Assembly: GCA_038496445.1 (NCBI GenBank)
Contig: JALMLS010000334.1
Location: 62,001 to 126,000, forward strand
DNA from: Trichosphaerium sp. ATCC 40318
Lineage: Eukaryota > Protista > Tubulinea
DNA length: 64,000 nt
Direction of reading: 5' to 3'
Shown here: positions 27,048-46,329 of the stretch, piece after piece
Layout: each line of letters starts with the position of its first letter
Position numbering within the stretch: position 1 is the first letter of the stretch
Position numbers and translations under genes: made by a program
The notes under the pieces: generated by a model
The model's database searches: none
Told to the model about the DNA's origin: nothing
Seen by the model: the letters and a program-made list of their open reading frames with translations, nothing else

Positions 27048-29952
27048 ATGGCTACAAAAGCTTACGTTTACGCGTCAAAAAGTATTGAACGGCGCTACAT
27101 TACTGTTGAACAATCTCATGGAAAGAAAAGGAGAAATAAATCACAAAAAGCCGCACCAACGCGCGAAACGAGTAATCAACGTAATATATACAAAGAAAAC
27201 GAATTTGTACTGTCAAAATGGGTTATCTTAAGAATAATGGGTTTTATATATTTATCAGCGTTTACGTCGTTCTATGTACAGATCCCTGGCCTATACGGCG
27301 ATAATGCACGTTCCCTTCATTTTGACACCTGCTGACACTTCAAAACCTAGGGCGTATTCCCTGTTAATGAATTCTACGCTCACCCTTCAGTACAAGCGTC
27401 AAATTTTCCAACTTTCTTACCTGCACTGGCTAAAGCTACTCAATCGGATCCTGTAGTACTCTTACACGCTGTGACACTTGTTGGTATGGTGCTATCGTAC
27501 GTATTTATTCTCGAAAAAGGCTTTACTTTTATTTTTCTGATCGGTTTTTTTTTATTAGTGCGATCGTTGTCCTTGGTGTGAGCTGGAGCCCAATCTTATT
27601 ACTTTGTTGGATAATCAACCTTACAATATTCGATGCTGGCCAACTATTTAAGCACTTTCAATGGGATGTACTCTTACTTGAATCTGGTGAGTGTTCACTC
27701 ATTTATTTCCTGTTTTAATGATAAATGTAAGGTTTCTTGGCTATCTTCTTAGCGCCTTTGTTTTCATTTACATTCACTGTAAAATCGTACAGAGTTGGTT
27801 TACCCAAGGACCTTGGTATTTGGTTGTTTAGATGGCTTCTCTTTCGTCTCATGTTCGCATCTGGTTCGTGTTCCTGTGGTTACTATTTATTTTATTGACG
27901 AGTTATTTTAAGGTGTTGTTAAATTATCTTCAATGTGTCCTACATGGTGGTCACTAACTGCATTGGATTATCATTACTGGACTCAAGTGAGTAAATAAAT
28001 ATTATAATATAAAAACACATAAGCTAATACTTATCGTAGTGCATTCCAGGACCTTTGTGAGTACACTTTGGGTTTTTTTCCCTGTCAACTTCTTTTCAGG
28101 AATATCTCACTTTTTTAAAAGGGCTTGGTACATTCACAACTACAGCGCTGCTTGGTTTTCTCAATTGAGTGTATTTCTTGTTCTAGTTGTAGAACTATTC
28201 GTTCCGTTTTGGATTTTTGGTACAAACTTCGACTTGATATTTTTATTAGTCTAATGTCTAATAGGTTCACGCACTCTAAGAAATGTTGCTGGGATTTTGA
28301 ACGTTATATTTCAAGTATCTATAGTCTTAACTGGAAACTATAACATATTCAATATCAACACAATAGCTCTATGCATAGCACTCTTTGATGATAAATTTTT
28401 ATCCCAATTCTTTATCAAAAAGTACAACGCATTTTTTACTTCATTAATACCTAATATGTACCTTGCTACAGGTCACTACCTGGTCTTAAATATGATAATA
28501 CACCTCCCAATGAAGATGTCAAGTCGTCTAAAGGAGAATACAAAAAATGGTATCTAACTGTTTTTGATGTTCTTGTATTCATCGTTGGCATTGCTGTCAC
28601 CGTATATCTTATTGCCCAAATGTGGAAAATCGACTTGAACAAAGACGGTATGTTTTGTCGAAAAAATCTTACAATCACGTGATTTTATCTTCATTTCCAT
28701 GTACGATGTGCTTTATTTTTTACTATGAACAAGGTGTTCCTATTTCGATAAAGTACATTATTCAACAACGAGATTGGCAAGCAATCGTATCCAAAGGTAT
28801 TGGATAACAATTAAAAAAACCGTATTCAATTATTTAGTAACACCATGGACGATATACATTGGCATTGCTTCTGGTGTATGGTACATGCTAGCGAATATAT
28901 TAAGCTTGGTAAACAGTAACTTATTTAATACAAGGTCAGATATCCTAGTGTTACTTTGTTTTGCTTACATTTTTACTAGGATTGGTTCTAAGGATGTTGT
29001 CGTCCTACTTTTTGGCATCATATTCGCTTGTCTTCTTTTCACTGCATCCATTCGCCCATTTACAGAGTAAGCAACAATATTTGTTTATCCCTTATGTGTT
29101 GTTTAGGGGTATCACTGGTAGAATGACACCTGACATTCCTACACAACTTGTACCTTTTGAAAAGTTTGCATCCTCTATCCAACAACAATACTATCTTTCA
29201 GGAAGATACGGTAAGTAGCTAATTTGAATAAAAACCTAATAGCAATTCTTTGTTAAAGGTTTGTTTGCACGTATGACAACAACAAGACCAGAAATTATTA
29301 TTGAAGGAAGTGTTGATGGTAAGACATGGAAGGAGTATGAGTTCAAATACAAAGTTGGTTCTTTAAATAGACCTGCACCGTGGGTGATGCCACATCACCC
29401 TTACTTGGACTGGCAGGTAAAGAATGAACGTTTATGTATTTTGATAATCACCAAGCTTGTTTTTTTTTTTGCCTTGTTGAACTCATCCTTACACTAGATG
29501 TGGTTTGCTGCACTTTCAAATATGCAAAGAAATCGATGGTTTGCACGTGTACTTGTTCGTATAGTTCAAAACGAACCTACAGTACTTTCTCTGCTTGATA
29601 GTAATCCATTTGAGAAGAGTAAAGACAAACCAAAGTTTGTCAGATCAAAAGTTTTCGAATATTCCTTCACATCAGTGGATGAACAAAACAAAACAGGAGA
29701 TTTCTGGAAACGTACATACAAAGGGTACCTAAAAAAACCGGAGATTTCATTAACACCCCGTGCACACTACTTCTTATAGTAATCAATAGGGACTACACAA
29801 AGTCAGTTAGTCTGGAAGTAGCGAACAAAATGTATCCAATATCAACTGAACAACATGACCATATACTAAAACGTATTCACTCAAACATCGCGCCATGGGC
29901 GCCCTTCGCAGTAATGTGTGTACTTGCTCGCTTATTAGCTCTTGTCGTATAG
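27048..29952 (+). CDS. Lipase maturation factor family (LMF2-like)
   Basis: [64 protein letters not shown]. Confidence 0.9.
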
Positions 29953-30481
29953 GAGATTAAATAATATTATACTCAACATAAACAAGCTACTGTTGATTCC
30001 TTAGCCAATTTTATAAACAAAACATGTGAACAGTGAGTTTTTTGCCGTCTTTGTTTGGAGTTAATTATTTTATTCCTTTTTGGTTTCCTATAACGTTAAA
30101 TACGCTAAAACTACATCCGTTGTATTAACAATAACTCAGTCAAGCTATTAGAAGTGGTATTTACGAGTTTACCTAAAAAGAAACAGTTTATTATAAACCC
30201 GGAACTGTACTTTCTGAAAATGTTTAAATACGGACAAATGCTACAAATCATGTAACTTTTTGCTTGAGGTTACGGAATCTTCCGTTTTCGAAAAAACAAA
30301 ATTACTGTCTGCAACTTTGTAAAGCAGAGGAGTATTATCCTTTATACGGTATATAAAGGTCTTCTTGTTGTATAGAGGCCGTAGTGTGAATGCTAAACTC
30401 CGAATGAACCAACAATAGGACTTGTTTTACTCCGAGTTTTAAGACAGTTTCTTGATAAAAATACGCTTTAGAAAGCACCGC

Positions 30482-32648
30482 ATGGTGTTTTATCAGTGTT
30501 CATTGTTATGTGGGTGTGTTGGGGCTACGAATAGAAGCCAAAAACGCGTTCGTAGTCGTTTAAGAGCAGGTATATTTCGTGCTTGCGTAGGTATGTTGCA
30601 GTAGGTACTGTGTATCGATTATTGATGGTTGAGTAGGGATTTTAAGCGCTATATCTTTTTTCTACTTCTTTGTGCTTGTTACGATTGAAATACGCGATAA
30701 CGCAGAGTTCCGCGAGCGGATAAATACAATCCGAGCAGTCGTCGCTTTGACCGAAGTAATTGCACAAGAACGTGGTAGAACAGCGTTGTATATATCAGGA
30801 GGATTTGATGATAGCTTACGCGCTGATATTTGTACGTTTCAGCAGGAAAACGCTGTTTATTTTGGAAAATAGGCCACCTCACTTCTTTTCTGACAAACCT
30901 CGTTTAGTGAAGACCAGAACATCTGTAAATGACCTTCGTACAGAGCTAGACAGAGTTTCCGGTAAAGGACGGGATTTTCCCACTCTAAACACTGCTCTAG
31001 AAGAGCATAACAAAATAGAACAACTACGAGCTGATGTACGAGTAAAAAAAAAACCACAACTCGTGAAACTTTTCATTTTTTCTTACTCTTCCTCAGATTG
31101 ATGCTTCTATTGGTTTATCACCCACTGATCCAAACAGAGTGTCAGAGCAGACAGCTTTTGCTGCGTTTTCTAAATATAACGAATTGTTTGCCAACTTTAA
31201 TCTACGACAAAGTTTCACTAATCAAGAAGGTATAAGTAGAGTACTATACAGTGTAGTTCGTGAAGGAATTGTAAGTTATTTTGAGCAGCAATCTTTTTTT
31301 GGTTTTTTTTTTCTTTTTCTTGGATACATGGGCTTATTTGTCTATTTTAGTACCTTGAAGCAAGCGGTATAGTGAGGGGTTTACTTGGTTCAGTTTTTGC
31401 CAGAGGTAAGGAAATTACAAAAGAAAGAATTTGCCAAAAAACCAAAAAAAAACCAAGTTGATGTTTTTGACTTTGTCTTTAGGTTTCTATTTGGATAATG
31501 ATGAGGTGCTCGCAGTACGAGCTTCAGAAAATGCTCAACAAAGCGCATACCGTGAATTGCTTGTATTACTTGATGATGAAGACAGAGAGGTTGAAATGTC
31601 TTCTTTAGTGCGTGTACAACTCTTTTTTGGGCGTTTTTTTTTGATTGATGTGTCATCTGTATACTTACGCTTTTATTAGACTCCGGAAGTAAATGAAGCG
31701 TTGTCGTTCATTTCACTCTTTCGTAACATTTCCTTTGTGGTACGTTTTATTTTTTGGCAGTAGTTTGAGACTTGGCCGTTAATTTTCTGATCTAGGATCC
31801 ACTGCAATACAACGCATCGAACCCTTTCCCAGTTGAGGCTACAGCTTGGTTTGGAAATGTTACAATATTTCTAGATAGCTTCCAAGTACTCAGGACTCAC
31901 TTGTTGTACGTTATTTGTCATTCTACTAAAGACTCTTGCTTTTTTTTATTACCTCCCAACACTTGTTTAAATCGTGTTTTCTCATTGTGTTAATCGGTTT
32001 CTGAATTCTTTTAAAGTTCATTGCTAATATCTGGCTAACACGTGTTCATAGTGAAAGGCTATTAGTAGAGCAAGACAAACAACTAGTGATCACTATTACT
32101 GAGTTTGTTATTGCTTTGGTTGCGCTTGTACTAGAGATAACAGCATGTACTACTCTTATACTCATTGCATGGCCAGTTCTTAAACTGTTCTGGACGATGG
32201 AAGGCAAAGCTCGAAAGTACGTTTTCAAAAACTACGATCTGTTTGAAGCAGAAATGTGAAACTATCAATCAACATGTGTGCTCATTTTTTTTTTTGTGAA
32301 GAATTTCGGATAGTTCTACAAGAGGAACTACTAGTAAAGCTGGTACTGGTGCTGACACAGATGATGGATTAAAAAATGATATCAATAAGCACAACAGCTT
32401 TGTTTTGGAAATGTCAGGTGAGATACCAAAATCTTTTACAACTTCGGTTCTCTTACTATTTTTTCCAAGACGTTGAATCAGCAACGACAGAATTATCATC
32501 TTCTAAAGACAAATCATCTGAAAATGAAGAACCTCTAGAACCTAGGATGTCACAAACGCAAACTCCTAGAGCACCTGATGTTATGGAAACTCCAAAGTCA
32601 AGACGGAAAAAAAAATCCGCTAGGAGGAAAAAGAAGTCTCCAGAATAA
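30482..32648 (+). CDS. Membrane protein with NIT (nitrate/nitrite-sensing)-like domain and disordered C-tail
   Basis: TM, VIAQERGRTALYISG (QxERG), EASGIVRG, second TM, low-complexity K/R tail. Confidence 0.6.
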
Positions 32649-32965
32649 ACTTGTACATAAAAAACACTACCCTAAGTAAAAAAATAAAAAACCAATTTTT
32701 AAACATGTGGAATACTATTTGTTGAGCGCGAAATTACAATCAATAAAAGAAGGAATGTGGTTCAAGAATACAGTTGCAAACAAAACAAACAGTAGTGAAC
32801 GAGTACGTCACTAGAAGATATGTAAATTCCCCTTTGAATTTTCCTAGATATTACTGTGGGCTATAAAGGTAACATGTGACCTTGTCGCTTAGTTTAACAT
32901 TTTATGTCAATAATGTCGAAATGTTGAATAGTTTTTATTAAAGTCATTGTCGATTTGTTTCATTT

Positions 32966-34638
32966 TTAAGGTAATAAAGTCTCAATGTCATCAGCCCAAC
33001 GTACTGATATCAATGCAGAGTATCTAGCAAGTAATAAAGCCAATAAAACAGAAAAAGACCAACTTATATGTAGCGCCAAAACAAGAGAAACTACAGATCC
33101 AACAAGAGCAAATCCAAAAATAAACCATATTGCTCTAATCCACATTTTCTTCGGTAGTAGCCTTAGCCCTTCAATTGCAAACAGAGTAGATATCATAACA
33201 GGTGTAGATACAAGGTTATCTCCGCTGGTATGTAAGGTTGACAAAAGTGGAATGTTATCAAGAATAGAATAAGAGGTAACAGCTTCTTGCCAAGGAGAAT
33301 TACTTGGTTCTTGAATAACAGTTACGAAGTTGAATAACTGTCGTCCAACAACACACAAGAATAAGCTCACTAGAGGTCTAACTGTAGAACCGATTATACC
33401 AATACAAAGTAAGGCAATTGTCATAACCTCGTTCGCCAGTAACATTGTCAAAACGCACGTGTGTACGAGTTTAGAATCCCAAATATAATCTCGAAGTCCG
33501 TCCAAGTATTTGAACCCTCTATCATTAAATATCTGTTCTATATCGCTCTTTTCGTTAGATAACGTAGGTAAGGACTCTGAGATCACATATTGAGCCATGA
33601 ACCAGAAATATATGCCCATCCCTACTATAATTATTCTTGCTACGACAGCGCTTAATCCCCGGCTTAAGGCAAGTGATTCTCCTCTTGTGCTGTGGTTCTG
33701 TTGATACAATGATTGTTCTCCACCCATGAATAGTGTTGATGATGTTATTGTTCCTGTTGATAATCCTTTGAGTACGTGGGCTTGATTTATAGCCTTAGGT
33801 AAAGCTCCAGGTTCGCTTAGAGCTTCTCTTAGTTTAGCTAAAACTTCATCTTCACTAGCTTTTGTTTTCTTCTTGTGAGGGCTCTGTATAAGGAGAGACC
33901 CAAATATTTTATCGGGAGATAGTGTACCAAAGTTGAGTACGGCGTAGTTATGTCGGCAAGTACCCAAATGATGGATATAGTGAAGAGCTCGGAGTTCTTC
34001 AAACCAAGAAAAATTCTCAAGCCAATGTCCTTCAATATGAAACGTATTATGAAGCCAGTTCCCTACAAGCCCCATCACTACGTACCTAAATAAAGTGTTA
34101 ACCAGCTAAGAGCTAAAAAAGAAGGTATGTTTAAAGCGCACATGATGAGAGCAGCTATTACCGTTGGCATTGTTGCGAGACCGCAAATGTAGCTCACGAC
34201 GCAGTTTGATAGCATGATGAGGTATAAAAGAGCTTCGTGTTGAGTAAAGAAGGAAGAATGCTCTCCCATTTGCATTTTGTTGTCTGGTTCGCTCCTAACT
34301 TCGTCGCTTCGTCTTCCGAAGAATCTAGCAGGAGGATAGAGCTTGTAGTGGTGTATGTTATGCAATCTTCGGCATTCTTTATTGAACGGAAGCCATGGGT
34401 AGTTTCTATGCGCTTGAAAGTGCCACACGTAGAAACCAGCGAGTCCTGCGAGGTAATAGAGAAACATGGAGAATATTGAGCAATCAGTTATAACAGATAC
34501 ACCATAACTGTACGACGCTAATGCTATCCACATGAGAAGCATTATGCGCGGTATCTTCGAGTGATGGTCTGTAATTATCACCTCTGGCACTTCTTTTGCC
34601 GTTGGAATACTGTCAAGGTCAGCGATTTTGTTACGCAT
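32966..34638 (-). CDS. Fatty acid hydroxylase/sterol desaturase domain fused to a degenerate sphingomyelin synthase/PAP2-like domain
   Basis: His boxes HFQAH, HNIHH, HNTFH, HYIHH; one intron 34086-34141; multi-TM C-terminal half. Confidence 0.75.
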
Positions 34639-34752
34639 TGCTGAGGATTGTTGGTTTTTTGTAGAGTTAAGTTTGCGAACGTAGATAGTTGTGATTTTAA
34701 CGGAAATATTTTGTATGTGAAAATGCACAGGGCTCACAAACACGTGAACGTT

Positions 34753-34990
34753 CTAGGACGCCTAATAGTGAGCTGAATGGTATTGTTTGAGACTAAGGCG
34801 GTAAACTCATGCTGTTCACCGAAGGTATCTATGTAAATACCTGAGCAAGCGTGGTGGGGAGAGAATAGCGCTTATAAATTCGTTTCACCGCTTTGGCGGA
34901 AAGTAAACGAATACACGATCAGTATTAACGCCTTTCACAGAAGGTTTTGAGTGACATTTGAGTTACCGACCGCCTAGCATTATTCCTAGT
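34753..34990. ncRNA. Candidate structured non-coding RNA, class unknown
   Basis: Long-range stem AGGCGGTAAACTCA/TGAGTTACCGACCGCCT enclosing several hairpins; GC-richer than flanks. Confidence 0.4.
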
Positions 34991-35289
34991 GTTTGCGTAC
35001 GGTTTTAGTTTGTGTGATGGGTTTAGCTTCTTTGAATGATATTAAATTTATAAGGAACACCTACCAGGCATTCTTGATACAATGGGCGAGTTTGCCGAGT
35101 ATACACTAAATTACTTGACTACGCACCGAATTTGAGAATTTTGCGGGATTTTAACTGTTGTTAGGCACACCAAAAGGTACAAACGCATCACCACGTTAAA
35201 TAATTAGCGTTATATTTTATAAAGAAGCTATTGGAGACTTACAAGACTAACTCGTTAGTAGGCTTCAAAAACCACTACAATAATTCACA

Positions 35290-38278
<2,989 letters not shown>

Positions 38279-38626
38279 AATAAATAAACTACATTTTTTT
38301 TAAAACGATAATTGCGTTGGTTGTAAATCTGACATTGACCGTACAATAGTTACGGTGAGTGTAAGGAACGTGAAACTTAAAACCAAGCGTTGACTTACTA
38401 CGCCTATCGCTGCATGAAAAAGAAAAGAACCGAACTCATGTTATCTGGCAAGACCAACTTCACAGTCAGTGTCTGTTGGTTTTACGAACATCTGTTCCAC
38501 TTCCAGCTTTCACATCTGGTTCATTTCCAACATTACAAACATTAGTATCAGTTTGCTATTATGTCTTTGTAGTCACGTGGAACAAAATCAAAAAAACTGA
38601 AGAATGAAGGTTTGCTTTATTGAGAT

Positions 38627-39957
38627 TTAGCAGTCGTGCCAAGTTACTTTTGATAAAGCTCTGTTTGACAAGTCAACATAAACGCTTGCATATTCAAACT
38701 CACGAGTGTAAACCCATGTATTCGAAACACGTTTTGCTGGACCTTTTGGAGCACCAAGTTTACAATGTAAGTGGGGATAAAAGTTATCTGGACAAGTATG
38801 ATCTTTTCCATAAGGGATATAATCCGAGATTTCCCAGAATAATGAGTATCCCCACCAGTGGTTCTCCTCTGCAATGAGTAAAAAGTACGATAACGCATTA
38901 TTAAACTCGTCAGTCATCATCTGTCGTAATCCTGCAGGCGTTTTAGGGATGGTATTGTTAGGCCATGTCTTTGGATGAATAAGCGGTCCAGGCCAACTCT
39001 TTATCTCGAGAGTTCGGTTACTGTTCAATGGAGAAGTTATTACTTCGAATAAGAGGTGTTGCATCGCTTCAGGTATCATTTTACCAGTTTTAGAGTCAAG
39101 AAACTGAAGTATGGCAAAGTGATCAACCATTGACGCTGATCCTCCTTCAACGTGAAGATTCAGAGCGTAATCGCTGTCTAAGCCGTTCATTAGAGCTTTT
39201 TGGTTTTCTCCAAATCCATTTAATGAATCTTGCAATTTTCTTATCATCGCCGTTTGAGCTTTGTTGTGAGCGTCATTTTCCGCTTTTGTAAGGTCTGGTA
39301 TTTGCGTATCAGAGTTTGGCATGCCGTCAAGGAAGAACCCGTCAATTATAACCTTTCCATTACTGAGGCGATGTTTGGCAAGATCCACTAAATGGCCAAC
39401 AAAAAAGTCAACAAAATCTTGTTTAGTAGGGTCAAACATTACCGAGTCTATTAAAGACATAAGCGCGTATTCTATTACGTTATAAAGCGTACTGCTATGG
39501 TAAACGATGTTGCCTTTATCATCACGAAGGGCCCATTTATCTTCATTTTGTAACCACGTTTTAGAAGCACTTGAACACTCTGCGAGTTGTTCGCCAATAT
39601 CCGACTTGAAGTAAAAAATTACTTTTACGTCTGGATTAACCGCCTGAAAAATACGTTAACCTTTCGTTATTGTATCACGTGATTTACCTTTACTTCAGAA
39701 GCAGCTTTTAGCACAGCTTCTTCATTTGTGGTACCGTATTTGAAAGATCCAAAGCAATTTCCAAACGTAATTATTTTGTAGTTTGTTGCCATGAACTTTA
39801 TTTGAGCATCTGTTAACATACCGCTCGCATTTTGACCGTGCATATAAAGCATATCTGATAATGTATCCCACTTATGAACCCATGGCGTTGCTTCGCAATA
39901 GCGGAGTAATAGTATTGAAGAGAAACAAAGAATAAAGCAATACAGGAGTCTTGTCAT
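38627..39957 (-). CDS. Secreted glycoside hydrolase, GH168/GHL15-like
   Basis: Signal peptide; KAVNPDVKVIFY, DGFFLDG, LGAPKGPA, YTREFEYASVYVD; single intron 39644-39687. Confidence 0.7.
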
Positions 39958-40392
39958 GTTGTAGACGTCTAGAAAAGACTACGCTCTGACTTGTATCCAC
40001 AATTATGGATAAAACAAATGTGAAATGAAGACGTCACATGTCAAACTTGGATTGACTAGAAAAGAATGACAACGTCAATCATGGTGACAAGTATCGACCA
40101 ATTAAATCTCTGCAGCCATAAAAGGGCTAACAGATAAGCTAACTGCGTCATTGTCACTCACCTCTGTTGTGGCCAAACTCTTTTCCCTGTCATGTTTCAT
40201 TGAAAGGAACTACATAGACAAGCATGCAGATCTTCGAATAATAAGAATCCTGTACAATTCTCAATTTCGGCGCTAAGTCAACTAGTTTAGTGAATGCTTG
40301 GCAAACTTGTGTGTCAAACTTAAAGGATACTTACTTGATTTACATACGATAGCTTTAATATTCAAAGAAGGTTAAACTGTCAAACAAACAGA

Positions 40393-42936
<2,544 letters not shown>

Positions 42937-43181
42937 AATAAATAAACCATTTTTTTAACAATGAACAGTTGGTTATTGTATAGTGTTCCAACTGTCCGGA
43001 GCTATCACGAAGTGCAAATGAATTATTTTGAACATTTGTTTAAAGTCAAGGGTTATCTTGTAGTGACTAGCTTTAAGAGAAAATCAGGAGAAGTACACGT
43101 GAGCAAGCTGTTCATTGAAACGAAGCTTATATTTAGCAATTTTTTCTGTATTGTGGAGCTCTTTTATTTACTGAGTTACAC

Positions 43182-46064
43182 ATGCAAGTATCATACTACG
43201 CACAAGTAAGCAAGGTTGATTGGAATAACATCCCAGAGATGGAAGAGAAGCCAAAAGTTTATTTCCCATTCGCTAAGAACAAGAAATGCGTTATTCGTAT
43301 TGTAGGAGGTTAGTATAATAGAATGCACGCGTAATTAGAGCTGTTGATCCTAATTATACGATTTAAGGTAAGGAAGTACCACAGAGGTATCTGCGTGATC
43401 TAGAAGCGCGAGATAACTTCATAAACGTTACATCGCGGTCTAAAAAGTTTGGCACTGAGTTTTCTCCGTTCTTCTTGGGTCCTTTAACGCTCTACGATGG
43501 TACTAACACATATAATACATCAAGAGTGTTTACTAAACTATTTTTGTAGATTACAAATGCGAAAACATGGAAAACGCTTGGCAATACGCCAAAGTTTATA
43601 AAGAATACACTGACGAGAATGGTGAAGTAATTTTGATAGTTTAACATTTCTTAACGGCTTTTTTTAGGTGATCCTACCGCTGATTACTTTAAATGGGCCA
43701 AGAGTGGGTGGGATAACCCTAAAGCTGTCAGATTTCCAATGGGTAGAGGTGCTAAACCTGAGTACTCTTACTGGGAAGGAGGAAAGTACTTGTATGTACC
43801 CGCCAGAAAGAGAATCTACGCACCTCTTTGTACGCTAATTTTTCAGAAATGTAAAAAACTTGTGTTGTTTTTTTGATCAAGTCACATTGCTCAGTGACTC
43901 GCTGATTTCAAAATATAGATGCCAATGAAGTAGTCAAACGATCTTGGTTTGATAAACTGAAAAAAATAACTACTCAACACAAATATGTCATGTTCTGGGT
44001 AAGTGTCAAATGTGCAATGTGTCAAAAAATTTTTACATTTTGACTTACTTCGTTTGTTAAATAGGATTTCGATGGCTATGATCACTTAAAATACGGATAC
44101 GACTATGGTTAGTAACATTACTATACAGAGTGAGTATTTTTATCTGACATCTTCGTAGAGCATGTGCTTAATAACCCTAAGAGAAAAATGGGACATGCTT
44201 TTGTTTTGGCAATGTTGTTGGATAACCAAAAGTTGTGGGAAGTTGAAACAACGTACGGTGGTGTAAATAATACAATAGAGTCAAATTATTTCCTTTAATA
44301 CTAAAAATGGATATTTTACTGACATTTTCGATAGACTAAAAGAAAGAAAGACAGATTGGGAAGAAGAAAAACGTATAATTAAAATATCGCCTTCTTTGGG
44401 TGAGACACAATTACACGTGCACTTCTATAACCCTACACCTACTTTATGGAACGATGAACTTGCTGAAAGTTTCTCTAAACATGTCACAGCGAAGAACTGG
44501 AGATGGTTGAACCACAAAAAAGATTCTCTTGTTTTAGAGTTTTATCACTTGGAGGTTGCTGGTACACATACCAACTTGAGTTAAAACGAAGTTACTCACA
44601 TATGTAATAGAACTTTGGGTAGCTAAAACAAGATTGACATGGGACGAATTTAAGCAGTGTGCAGTGTAGAAAACGCGAAATAAAATCGTTGACTTTTTTT
44701 TGGTCTGTTTTTTTTTGTTTGTTGAAAGAATTCGATGGGTGTTTAGAGAAGGAAGGGTTTTCATGGCTACTTCATCTCCAGCTGCATTACATAAATGTAC
44801 AGAAGACTCCAAGTTTAAAAAAACGAGCATTGAGACATTTGATGAGGCAATAAAACGATTTGGGCTATTTTACAGGTTAAGAAGGTTATATAGTAGCTCG
44901 TGCGCGTAACCAGCCGTTAGGTCTCGTTTTGAATCGAATAACTGTTTTTTATTGTACACAAAGACAGTTGATGTCCGTATACAAGCTGGGCCAAGGTAAG
45001 GACGCGTATGTAATCGTTAACTAGCAATAGTTGTAACGTTCTCGCTGTTTCTTTCCTACAATTACCTATTCGTTCTTATTTACGCGTGAGCTTGTAGTTG
45101 CGGACTTGTAGCGTTACGAATGGGTGGAGAATATCTAGAAGGCAACGTAAACCGCCAAGACACATTCAAAGACTTACTGGACAGGGCCAAAGCCAAAGGT
45201 ACCTCATCATTTTGGCATCTCGTTGCTCAATCAATGTGTAGGATTTTCCAAACAAGGAGAAATGTTCAACGCCCAACATATGGCGACTCTTGCAGTTAGT
45301 ACCAAAATTACTCTTTTTAATAGTTGTACATAACATCAAACTTTAATATTAGGCTGAATATTATGGATTAAATCCCACTGTAGTCGAGGGAAATGGCACG
45401 TGATTTTTTTTTGGTTTTTCTTTACAATTATTGCACGTTGCACTCTTATTCAAATTTATTACTAGAATTCTCTGCTGCAAATGTGCTGAGGTAAGTGTTG
45501 AGTATACGAATACGTTACTGAATTATTTTTGATAACAAAAAGGAGCTTATCTCAAAATCAGCTTATGCTTGTACCTTATGATACTGACGCAAACAGCTCG
45601 CCAGGGACACATAATGGTATAGCATAGCTATATGTTTTTCACTTTTAAGCATGCTATAGGTCATAGAGCACATTGGGCATTGATTACTGGCTTTCTATTC
45701 CCACTATCCGAACCACAACAATCGGTTTTCAAACATCACGCTACACATGTTGTTTCACGATATAATGCTACTTTTATATGCACAGATACTCTTCCAGATG
45801 AAGTTATGAACGGTGCTCATATTCTTGAAGAACAACTGTTCGTTGTATGCCGACAGAGCAAGTCAAAGTGGGCAGCGATATGGCCATTAAGTGACTTAAC
45901 AAAGTCAAATAGAAACTTAAAAGAAGCACCTCCTGATAAGCTTGCTGAGAAGACGTACAAGATTTTGATGCTTACAACTTTAATGATTTTCTTTTAGGTA
46001 CGTGATGCCAAAAACTCTTGAGGATTTATGCTCAAAAGCAGTAGTATTATCAAAAACCTTGTAA
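43182..46064 (+). CDS. Fusion of DUF6939-like domain, linker domain and ACTMAP (C19orf54)-like cysteine protease
   Basis: INVTSRS..FSPFFLGP..ENAWQYAKVY..GHAFVLAMLL spliced in frame to QAGPSCGLVAL..GEMF..VPYDTD..HRAHWALITG..RQSKS. Confidence 0.8.
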
Positions 46065-46329
46065 AAAAAACCCTCTTACTTGCCATGAAGCCATTCTGTT
46101 TTAGTACCTTTTTCTACACCAATACAACAGACGCAACTGCTCAAAAATGTGAAGTACACCCGCTAGAGTAGCTATATTAAAGCCAGCGAACGAACCGTTG
46201 AACTTTCCGTTATTTTTCGTGTTTAGTTGATTTCCAATTGAGAAAATAGACGGAAAGCAAACAGAGCACAACTACAACTCAAACAACAAGATATTTTACT
46301 TGTAGGCGATTCTTTTATTGTACGTTGGT

